A stretch of DNA of 64,000 nucleotides, from positions 4,064,001 through 4,128,000 of the forward strand of contig OY843751.1 in the NCBI GenBank assembly GCA_963693055.1. Direction: 5' to 3'. A program made the translations under genes and the position numbers. Below, piece by piece: positions 31,201 to 38,960 of the stretch. The DNA comes from a bacterium. Lineage in GTDB: Bacteria; Zhuqueibacterota; Zhuqueibacteria; Residuimicrobiales; Krinioviventaceae. The notes beneath the pieces were generated by a model. That model saw nothing but the letters and a program-made list of their open reading frames with translations. It made no database searches and was not told the DNA's origin. How positions within the stretch are numbered: the first letter of the stretch is position 1; the number at the start of each line of letters is the position of its first letter.

Positions 31201-31563
31201 CTATTTGTACGTAATTCCAGTGGATCAAACACAATGGTCAAAACGAATTATATTATTGTTGACCACCCAACATCCATTGACGACATGGCCTGGATACCGG
31301 AAAAATTCGATCTACTGCCCAATTACCCCAATCCATTCAATCCGCAAACCACAATCCGGTTTGCAGTACCGCAAAAATCATTTGTAAATATTACAATATT
31401 TGATATAAACGGAAAGCTGGTCCAGAACTTATTTTCCGGCACCAAAAATCCGGGAAATTATGCCATCACATGGAACGCCGCAGGCTTTTCATCCGGCATG
31501 TATTTCATCAAAATGGATACGGATGCCTACTCATCTGTTAGAAAATGCATATTGGTTAAATAA
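28273..31563 (+). CDS. Secreted multidomain surface protein, array copy 6
   Basis: Same architecture; 14-nt spacer; followed by a terminator. Confidence 0.9.
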   Translation: MNTIKTICLFILSIISITLSQDIQIQWSKTYDYDYDITFDNSIDFAHDGGYIFTTGRKMFKIDGQGTVQEDWPLDPLPDNQSINYLQKCNKGYITTGYICLESENKIKAFLRKIDNQGRQEWEKLFFNSDTDYADISDYGMLVKQTHDNGYILIFDDFQMDWTTYEPDNDYWIIKTDQYGEIQWDYWIWGDYNSGEPSAIYQTSDNGYIIAYNYDSGNLLRLTADGHKMWEKKYENNIGHVLPTENGGFLICGYNYIKMVDKYGDEIWINSFQNDHAYSLTYIKRPDNNSYLLSGSIIDSSNRSKGWLIKTDNFGNKIWGKTLTDITNIYQILKISQNEYILFGYKGGYTTIIKIKEDSQQTPTTFELLDPVDNKLGVGTQLCLDWTSVANVSSYLLEVDDDNDMSSPLVSKTISNESNCIVDGLSDSTYYYWRVKALFSDNSGSWSEISTFKTMQPPHMKFNGPDGYNLSYVDVGDQYYTDRDYTITSLPDPFKNCLWIKTQNSDKFNTYDDFIHFYLETDAIVYVAYDNRASSVPHWLLSHFERTQYTIENTDEYCNFTIWKGQFAAGEVTLGANIANGAEGVLTNYVVFIDIPLQLLDPRDNKTGVGIDLSLSWEALSNLENYDLQINDNQDMSSPLYNINDIWKPWYCLKDLDYNKDYYWRIKAHNRNDEDAWSQTQKFHTMNEPPIHITYWIDYYYLVESLSWLEENDQYYFDRNYIIHSIPDPLKNLLWIKTANDNAQKDSDIYLNFGSQSEITLYVGFDSRATSLPNWVTDDFSNTGLTIKVSDAAKELNIWSRTVKKGWFYLESNIGEGAENIKSHYVVLIDTNQVQPLSAHFGSDVTSGVLPLTVNFADSSQGLITSWLWDFGDGATSTEKNPSHTYENAGSYTVSLTVSGLGGSDTITKENYITVKNVIANFGADVTMGQAPLTVSFTDSSLGDIDAWLWKFGDGLTSTSQNPTHVYTSGDSFTVSLFVRNSSGSNTMVKTNYIIVDHPTSIDDMAWIPEKFDLLPNYPNPFNPQTTIRFAVPQKSFVNITIFDINGKLVQNLFSGTKNPGNYAITWNAAGFSSGMYFIKMDTDAYSSVRKCILVK

Positions 31564-31570
31564 ATTTACA

Positions 31571-31597
31571 CCCCGGGCATCTTGCCCGGGGATTTTT
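31571..31597 (+). terminator. Rho-independent terminator closing the six-gene array
   Basis: Perfect 9-bp stem ccccgggca-tct-tgcccgggg followed by attttt, 7 nt after the stop of copy 6. Confidence 0.85.
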
Positions 31598-31598
31598 C

Positions 31599-31691
31599 GT
31601 CTGAATCAAGATTTAAAAGATGAATAGGATGATAGGATTTTAAAAAAAAACAGATCCCAACCATAGTAATCCTGTTATTCCAGGTTCAGAC
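31599..31691. repeat. MITE/REP-like element with gtctgaa...ttcagac termini and internal aggat/atcct 9-nt-period tracts
   Basis: Terminal inverted repeat gtctgaa/ttcagac; same layout as 38861-38957. Confidence 0.65.
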
Positions 31692-31934
31692 AAGTATCAA
31701 CGATCCTTCGATCCCCCACCTGCAGACGAAAGTACGCGGACCGGTTCCTGGCTTTACTTCCACTCTCTTATCTGCTATCTCTTGCTTTTCCTGATTACTG
31801 ACCACTGAATACTGACAACTTTTATCGCAAACATTTTTGAATTTTTAAAAACTTTTATTTATTCAAATTTATATTTATATTCTTATCTTGATTTATATAC
31901 CATCAATCCGTATACATTCAATGCAGGAGTACAT

Positions 31935-33143
31935 TTGAAAAAATTGCTTTTAGCATCATTAATTTTATCATTCTGCATGAACTGCAGCAAGGCAGACAAT
32001 ACCCCGTCCCCAAAAACGGACACGGTTACGGTTGCTTGTTATTATTTTCCCAACTATCATCCCAATGATGCCCGTAACCAAAAGCAAAAAGGTGATGGCT
32101 GGTCTGAATGGGAGCTTGTAAAAGCAGCAAAACCCCGTTTTCCAGGACATTTACAGCCCAATGTTCCTCTGTGGGGATATACGGATGAATCCAATCCTGT
32201 GCAAATGGCGCAAAAAATCGACGCTGCCGCTTCTCATGGTATTGACGCATTTATTTTTGACTGGTACTGGTTCAATGACGGACCATTTTTAGAATCAGGA
32301 TTAGACAAGGGCTTTTTACAGGCGGTAAATAATGATCAGTTAAAATTTGCGCTCATGTGGGCCAATCATGATTGGCTGGATATCCATCCCTATACACGGG
32401 GAGAAAAAGCCAAAATCCTCTATCCCGGCAAAATCACCAAAGAGACATTCGAGACCGTATGCAATCATGTTATCGAATCTTATTTCAAGCACCCCTCCTA
32501 CTGGAAAATCGATGGCAAACCCTATTTCTCCATCTATGAACTCAACAAATTGATGGAGAGCTTTGGCAGCATTGAGGCCACCCGTGCGGCACTGGATGCA
32601 TTCAGGGCCAAAGCGATAAAAGCTGGTCTTTCCGGAATTCATCTCAATGCAGTGGTCTGGGGCCGCTCTATTTTGCCTGGTGAGAAAAAAACTGCTGATC
32701 CCGCGGATGTTATAAATCAGCTCGGATTTGACAGCGTCACCTCGTATGTATGGATACATCATGTTCAATTGCCGGACATGCAGACAGATTACTCATATGT
32801 ACAGGACGAGTATTTCAAATACTGGACCAAAGCAGATGCCATGTTTAATGTGCCTTATTTCCCCAATGTGACCATGGGCTGGGATTCGAGTCCCCGGGCA
32901 AACCAGGAACAACCATACGGCAATTTCGGGTATCCGTTTATGCACACCATATCGGGCAATACGCCCCAACGTTTTGAGCAGGCTTTACATGCAACCCAAA
33001 ACCGCATATTCCAGCAAGACGGGCCCAAAATTATCACAATCAATTGCTGGAACGAATGGACCGAAGGCAGTTATCTTGAACCGGATACCCAAAACGGAAT
33101 GGCGTATCTTGAAGCAATTCAAAAGGTTTTTGAAAATCATTAA
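31935..33143 (+). CDS. Glycoside hydrolase family 99-like (WbsX-like) exported protein/lipoprotein
   Basis: TTG start after CAGGAG; motifs YYFPNYH, WSEWELVK, HGIDAFIFDWYW, FALMWANH, INCWNEWTEGSYLEPD. Confidence 0.85.
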   Translation: MKKLLLASLILSFCMNCSKADNTPSPKTDTVTVACYYFPNYHPNDARNQKQKGDGWSEWELVKAAKPRFPGHLQPNVPLWGYTDESNPVQMAQKIDAAASHGIDAFIFDWYWFNDGPFLESGLDKGFLQAVNNDQLKFALMWANHDWLDIHPYTRGEKAKILYPGKITKETFETVCNHVIESYFKHPSYWKIDGKPYFSIYELNKLMESFGSIEATRAALDAFRAKAIKAGLSGIHLNAVVWGRSILPGEKKTADPADVINQLGFDSVTSYVWIHHVQLPDMQTDYSYVQDEYFKYWTKADAMFNVPYFPNVTMGWDSSPRANQEQPYGNFGYPFMHTISGNTPQRFEQALHATQNRIFQQDGPKIITINCWNEWTEGSYLEPDTQNGMAYLEAIQKVFENH

Positions 33144-33182
33144 AAATATAAATTCAACATATACTAAAACTGGAGCCAGAAC

Positions 33183-36107
33183 ATGAAGAACAAGGAACGT
33201 CAAAAAATCCACTTAACACTATTTACTTTTGGATTCATCTTAATAACCTGGGCAGCTCTTTTAAGCGCAGCACCAACTGCAAAGGACTATACCACTCTGG
33301 TGGATCCGTTTATCGGTACTCTGGATTATGGAAACACATTTTCAGGGCCCGCCACTCCTTATGGCATGGTACAACTTACTCCCTATATGCATTTTGAAGA
33401 AGAGGATGGTTCCGGTATTCTCAAAGGATTTCAACATACCAGTAACAGCGGAAGCGCAGGCGGTGGAAATCGCGCGCGTGGAGAGATTGTGTTCATGCCC
33501 TTTGTTGTTGATGATGCAAGCAACCTTGCGGACATGAAATTCGAATCGCATTTTTCTCATGATCAGGAATCCGCTTCGCCCGGTTATTACAAAATCATTC
33601 CTGATGCTTATCCCCTGTCTGTGGAATTGACTGCATCTTTTCACTCCGGATTACACAAATACAATTTTGATGAAACCGGTAATGCCGGTGTAGCGCTGAA
33701 ACTCGACAATGGTTCCATTACCATGACCAAAGACGAGATTTCGGGATACGAAATTTCTCCCGCCAATAAAAATAAAGTATATTTTTATGCCAAACTCTCC
33801 AAACCGGCAGACAGTTACGAGTTTATTGAAAATGGAAAAACAGTCAACAACACTACCTCTCTGGAGGGAGAAAAGATTAACGCGCTTTTTAATTTCTCAA
33901 CTCAAGCCGGGGAATCTGTCATGCTCAAGGTGGGTATATCCTACGTGAGTGTTGATGGCGCAAAAAACAATGTTTTACAAGAGATCCCCAATTGGGATTT
34001 TGACCGCATTGTACAGGAAGCAGTTAAATCATGGAACACTGAACTGGGCAAGATTGAGGTCAGCGGTGGCACGGAAACAGACCAGACCATTTTCTATACC
34101 GCGTTTTATCATTCGCTCATTCATCCCAATCTCTACACAGATGTGGATGGAAAATATCATGGCGCGGATGGTAAAGTTTATACTGCAAAAGATTTTACAA
34201 ACTATACCACTTTTTCATTGTGGGACACATTCAGAGCGCTGCATCCGTTGTATACTATTATCAACCAGGAACGCACCTCTGATTTTATCAAATCCTTTTT
34301 GGAACGCTACGACCACCGGGGACGTATGCTGATCATGGATTTCCGTGGTGTTGAGGGTGAATCTGCTCCCATGATTGGATATCACTCAGTATCAGTTCTG
34401 GCAGACGCGTATGTTAAAGGTATTCGTGATTATGATATTACCAAAGCATATAAAGCCATGGTACATCTTGCAAAGAATTCCGGCAGACAGGGTATGGCTC
34501 TTTACCTGAATTACGGTTACATCCCTTCAGACCTGGTAGGGCAATCGGTTTCCAGAACCCTGGAATATTGTTATGACGATTGGTGCGTAACACGTATGGC
34601 AAAAGATTTCAACAATGCAGATTATCAGTATTTCAGCCGTCGCGGACAGTTCTTTAAAAACGTTTTCTCTCAGCAAGTTAATTTTATGCGGGGACGTAAA
34701 AGCAATTTCGAGTTTGTGCCCAACTTTGATCCTATGGAAACCATTAACCACTATACCGAAGCCAATGCTTATCAGTACAGTACATACGTACCTCAGGATG
34801 TTGCTGGGTTGATTAATCTGATGGGTGGCGACAAGGCATTTGAAGCCTGGCTGGACGCCTGCTTTACCACGCAGACCGATTTTTCAAAAATCAATGTTGC
34901 AGATGTTACCGGACTCATTGGTCAGTATGCTCATGGCAATGAACCCAGTCATCATATTTCCTATTTGTACAACTATGTGGGTACTCCCTGGAAAACCCAG
35001 GAAATGACCCGCAAGATCATGGCCACTCTGTACAAAGCTACACCGGATGGAATTGACGGCAACGAAGATTGCGGTCAGATGTCCGCCTGGTACGTAATGA
35101 GCGCTATGGGACTCTATTCCGTCACCCCCGGACAAACATATTATACCATCGGAAGTCCGGCTTTTAACAATATCAAGATCCATTTGGAAAACGGTAAAAC
35201 CTTTGAGATCGTTGCAAATAACAACAGTCCGGAGAATGTATACATCCAGTCCGCGCAGTTGAATGGTAAAAGCTATACAAAAACATTTCTGGAACAAGAG
35301 GATATTATGAACGGCGGTACGCTTGTTTTTGAAATGGCTAATGTTCCCAACAAAACCCGCGGAACAGCCAAAGCAGACCGTCCTTACGCACCTGAACATT
35401 CATTTGTTATTGCAAAAGCACCTGAAATATCATTCCCCAACATTCTGTTCCTGGACCATACCACCATTACCATGGCCCCTGCGGAACCGGGTGCCGAAAT
35501 CCGTTATACATTAGACGGATCAGAACCGAACAAGCTGTCCATGCTTTATACCCAACCCATAACTATCGGGCAGGAAACCCTTTTCAAAACAAAAAGCTTT
35601 GTAGATGGAAAACTTGCCAGCGATACCAAGACCGTGCATTTTAAAACCATTGCAATGCTGGATGCAGTTGCTGTGACCGGAGAGTTACATCCCGGTGTCA
35701 GCTATTTATACAAAGAAGGTGAGATTGCGAGTTGTCGTGATCTGCCCAATCACAAGACCCTGAAAACCGGTGTTTTGGAATATTTTCATGTAAACGAGAT
35801 TCCGGACTCTCGCCAATTCGGATACAATCTTACAGGGTATTTACTCGTTCCGGAAACAGGTGTATACAGTTTTGGATTGGAAGCAAACGACGGTGCGGTA
35901 TTGTACCTGAATGATAAAATCATCATCGACAATGACGGCGGCCACCGCGCGCAGCGATTAGATACCAAGATTGGACTTAAAAAAGGCTGGCACCCCATTC
36001 GGGTAGACTATTTTCAGCAAGGTCTGGCTAAAAGCCTGGATGTCTATTGGCAAGGCCCCGGCATCGAGTACCAGGCACTCTCCCCGGATGTGCTTTTTCA
36101 TAAATAA
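33183..36107 (+). CDS. GH92 alpha-mannosidase with C-terminal Fn3-associated (chitobiase C-terminal) and PA14 domains
   Basis: VDPFIGT, PYGMVQL, FSLWDTFRALHPL, SRTLEYCYDDW, GQYAHGNEPSHH, GNEDCGQMSAWY; IRYTLDGSEP; NDGAVLYL...IDNDGGH PA14 motif. Confidence 0.93.
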   Translation: MKNKERQKIHLTLFTFGFILITWAALLSAAPTAKDYTTLVDPFIGTLDYGNTFSGPATPYGMVQLTPYMHFEEEDGSGILKGFQHTSNSGSAGGGNRARGEIVFMPFVVDDASNLADMKFESHFSHDQESASPGYYKIIPDAYPLSVELTASFHSGLHKYNFDETGNAGVALKLDNGSITMTKDEISGYEISPANKNKVYFYAKLSKPADSYEFIENGKTVNNTTSLEGEKINALFNFSTQAGESVMLKVGISYVSVDGAKNNVLQEIPNWDFDRIVQEAVKSWNTELGKIEVSGGTETDQTIFYTAFYHSLIHPNLYTDVDGKYHGADGKVYTAKDFTNYTTFSLWDTFRALHPLYTIINQERTSDFIKSFLERYDHRGRMLIMDFRGVEGESAPMIGYHSVSVLADAYVKGIRDYDITKAYKAMVHLAKNSGRQGMALYLNYGYIPSDLVGQSVSRTLEYCYDDWCVTRMAKDFNNADYQYFSRRGQFFKNVFSQQVNFMRGRKSNFEFVPNFDPMETINHYTEANAYQYSTYVPQDVAGLINLMGGDKAFEAWLDACFTTQTDFSKINVADVTGLIGQYAHGNEPSHHISYLYNYVGTPWKTQEMTRKIMATLYKATPDGIDGNEDCGQMSAWYVMSAMGLYSVTPGQTYYTIGSPAFNNIKIHLENGKTFEIVANNNSPENVYIQSAQLNGKSYTKTFLEQEDIMNGGTLVFEMANVPNKTRGTAKADRPYAPEHSFVIAKAPEISFPNILFLDHTTITMAPAEPGAEIRYTLDGSEPNKLSMLYTQPITIGQETLFKTKSFVDGKLASDTKTVHFKTIAMLDAVAVTGELHPGVSYLYKEGEIASCRDLPNHKTLKTGVLEYFHVNEIPDSRQFGYNLTGYLLVPETGVYSFGLEANDGAVLYLNDKIIIDNDGGHRAQRLDTKIGLKKGWHPIRVDYFQQGLAKSLDVYWQGPGIEYQALSPDVLFHK

Positions 36108-36182
36108 AGAATTACCAGACCAAATCCAGAGTGACCACCACAGGTGGAGTATCGATGGATAAGGTCCTGAGTAAGAACAATT

Positions 36183-36353
36183 TGCTCGTCGGGTACATGT
36201 GTACCCGGCGGTATTATTATGCAGGACTTGATTCCTGCTTTTTTGTAGGATACATATCCTGAAAGAATATGTATCCCGCCACTAAAGTACCGGGCGATCA
36301 TTACCGGGAATTTCTTTAATCAAGGCAATCCGGTTAATCCTTTAATCAAGGGT
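36183..36353. repeat. Composite REP-like element related to 7554-7681
   Basis: gggtacatgtgtaccc and gcaggacttgattcctgc hairpins, an inverted tgatcgcccggtactttagtggc unit, and an inverted accttgatt-like tract. Confidence 0.7.
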
Positions 36354-37096
36354 TATATCACCCAGGACAGAATAAAGCTGACATTTCCCGCCTTGTATTG
36401 ATCCAATCCGAATGTATAGAATAGATTCATTTGAAAATAACGCTGATAATGCCCAAATCCCAGTTGGTATCGTCTGGACTGTTTGTATTGAATATGTGAC
36501 AATATAATATAATCATGGTCCAGGAATCTGTAAACCGTATTGATCGATTCTGAATACTGTTTACGGTAATAACGCAGTGATAGTTGGTTTTGCAGAAAGG
36601 ACATATTTATGGCCTGCCCATCCGGATAAACGGACGCGGATACGCTTGTCCCCAAAACCTGAGCAGGATATCTCATATGCAGTCCCGTTAAATTGGGATA
36701 TATATTATGAATTTTATATTTCTGCAATAGCGAGCGCGCACGCTTTGCGCCCTGCTGTGCAACCAGCCCGGCCATGACCCACCCCATAATATCCCGTTTG
36801 ATAGTTTCAGAATTTCGGTTCATTCGCCACGCAAACAACTCTAGAGGTTCGTAGAAATTCACAGCATTTCCTTTACTGAAACGGGTCAGTTTTATGAGAT
36901 TATACTTTAATCGTCGTTCATCCATATTTACACGAAATCCATTAAACAGGAAATAATTCAACGAATTCGTTTTCTGATAGGAACCCAAAGAATCCAGGAT
37001 GACGTAACGATCATACGATACTGGTTGAGCAGTCAAAATAGAATTAGCGAACAGGAATAGTCTGAGAATCATCCAAATTACAACTAGTTTTTTCAT
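36353..37096 (-). CDS. Hypothetical exported protein (probable start ATG 37096)
   Basis: MKKLVVIWMILRLFLFANSILTAQ signal-peptide-like start after a CCAGGA RBS; the C-terminal half has alternating beta-strand patterning and ends in SWVI. Confidence 0.6.
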   Translation of the reverse strand: MKKLVVIWMILRLFLFANSILTAQPVSYDRYVILDSLGSYQKTNSLNYFLFNGFRVNMDERRLKYNLIKLTRFSKGNAVNFYEPLELFAWRMNRNSETIKRDIMGWVMAGLVAQQGAKRARSLLQKYKIHNIYPNLTGLHMRYPAQVLGTSVSASVYPDGQAINMSFLQNQLSLRYYRKQYSESINTVYRFLDHDYIILSHIQYKQSRRYQLGFGHYQRYFQMNLFYTFGLDQYKAGNVSFILSWVI

Positions 37097-37320
37097 AGTT
37101 TTTCCTGGATGAATATATGTATTTTTTAACCCGGGTAAAATAACATCAATAACAGTTAAACGCAGAATCTGTGATTCGGTTCCTGACCTGATCAACAAAC
37201 TGAATTTTCGCTGATTCAGGCACCATTCAATGGGGTAAACAAGAATCTGAATATATTATTAAAACATTCTTGCAATACTTTAAAATTCTTAATATCTTTA
37301 AAAAAATCAGAGAAAAGACC

Positions 37321-38820
37321 ATGAAAACCTCAATATCCAGACGCAGATTTTTATCTGCCAGCGCCTCCACCATTCTATTGCCATATTTAATGAATTGTCA
37401 ATCCACGCATAGTAAACCCAATATCGTCTTTTTAATGGATGATCAACATCGATGGGATGCCCTGGGTTTTGTTGACAGCAAGACAATTACCCCGAATCTA
37501 GACAAATTGGCAAATAATGGAATTTTCTTTGACCAGGCTGTCTGCCAGGCACCCATGTGCACACCCAGCAGAAACTCGATGATGTTCGGGCTTTATCCGA
37601 ACCAGATTGGCGTTTTACGAAATGGAACCGGTATTCCGGACGATAAACTGCCTGCAAAAACACTCCCACAACTGCTCAAAGAAGCGGGTTACCAAACCGC
37701 AGGATTCGGCAAGACACATTGGGGACTGGACTGTTCCACACGTGGATTTGAAACCAGATACATCGCCCAATGCTTTGAATACGATGCAGTCATGATGAAA
37801 GACGATGTTCCGGAAGACAAAAAACTTTACGATGCCGAAAGTATTACCATGGGCGGAGGTGAAGAAAATAATCATGGTTATCTCGGATTTACCAGTGACC
37901 TGCCTGAAGAAAAACATCGTGACGGCTGGGTAACAAAAAAATGTTTAGAGTTTATCGAAACCGGTATTGATCCCAATCGACCTCTGTTTCTTTACCTGTC
38001 TTTTCTCAAACCGCATGCCGGGCACAATGTACCGGAAGGATATGAAGAAAAATACAATCCTGATCAGATCCAATACGCAAAACAGCCTCCCTGGAAGCAG
38101 GACAATTCTCCTCACGCGCTGGGTATCAACAGACGCGATATGTATATCAATTATTGGAGCAAAGCCACAGAAGAACAATGGCGATTGATGACCATGCGCT
38201 ACCGGGCCAATTGCACCTGGATAGATGACATGTTTGGCAGAGCGATAAAAGCACTTGAACAAAAAGGATTATTGAAAAACGCCTTGATTGTTTATTGTTC
38301 AGACCATGGAGAAATGCTGGGTGAACGGTTTTACAGATTTAACAAATATTGTCTTTATGAATCCAGTGTACGGGTACCTGTAATTTTATCAGGATCTGTA
38401 GTGCCTGCGGAATCACACGGCACGAAAGACCATAGACCGGCACAACTATTAGACCTTTACCCAACGCTTTTGAAAACAGCTAAACTGCAAGTTCCCCAAA
38501 CTGCTATGGGGCTGGATTTATTTAGCGATGATAAAAGGACTGCATCGTTCTGCGCACTGCACGAGCGTGAAACTGAAGCTTCTTTTATGTGGCGTACACC
38601 CGCATACAAATTAATACTGGTTATGGACCGTAAAACCGATGCAGGCACATATACTGTATCTGATATCAAAGACGGCGAATTTTATGATCTTGAAAAGGAC
38701 CCGCAAGAATGGAACAACCTGTACAAGGATCCTCTGGCGGCATCCGAAATCCAAAAAATGACCAAAGAACTGTTGTCACAACTCAGCGGATTATCACCTG
38801 TGACACCAAATCCTATTTAG
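37321..38820 (+). CDS. Formylglycine-dependent sulfatase (Cys type), Tat-exported
   Basis: SRRRFL Tat motif, PNIVFLMDDQHR, CTPSR catalytic motif, GYQTAGFGKTH, SDHGEMLGE, YDLEKDPQEWNNL. Confidence 0.93.
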   Translation: MKTSISRRRFLSASASTILLPYLMNCQSTHSKPNIVFLMDDQHRWDALGFVDSKTITPNLDKLANNGIFFDQAVCQAPMCTPSRNSMMFGLYPNQIGVLRNGTGIPDDKLPAKTLPQLLKEAGYQTAGFGKTHWGLDCSTRGFETRYIAQCFEYDAVMMKDDVPEDKKLYDAESITMGGGEENNHGYLGFTSDLPEEKHRDGWVTKKCLEFIETGIDPNRPLFLYLSFLKPHAGHNVPEGYEEKYNPDQIQYAKQPPWKQDNSPHALGINRRDMYINYWSKATEEQWRLMTMRYRANCTWIDDMFGRAIKALEQKGLLKNALIVYCSDHGEMLGERFYRFNKYCLYESSVRVPVILSGSVVPAESHGTKDHRPAQLLDLYPTLLKTAKLQVPQTAMGLDLFSDDKRTASFCALHERETEASFMWRTPAYKLILVMDRKTDAGTYTVSDIKDGEFYDLEKDPQEWNNLYKDPLAASEIQKMTKELLSQLSGLSPVTPNPI

Positions 38821-38860
38821 TCTAAACTACGCCGGGGGATATCCGGATGATCATTATAGA

Positions 38861-38957
38861 TTATTGTCTAAATTAGGATGAAAGGATTTATAGGATTTAA
38901 TTTCCCCATTCAAATCCTGTCATCCTTAAATCCTATAAATCAGAATTCAGACAATAA
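38861..38957. repeat. Palindromic MITE/REP-like element between convergent genes (may also act as a terminator)
   Basis: ttattgtctaaat...attcagacaataa termini with internal aggat/atcct arms. Confidence 0.7.
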
Positions 38958-38960
38958 AGA

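Noticed and set aside
11398-31563. Diversity-generating retroelement as the source of array variation
   Set aside because: No reverse transcriptase or template repeat in the window. The differences include indels and changes at all four bases rather than adenine-only substitutions. A DGR acting in trans is not formally excluded.
11398-31563. Shufflon/invertase-controlled cassette system
   Set aside because: All six copies are full-length, co-oriented and have their own RBS; no recombinase gene or inverted crossover sites were seen.
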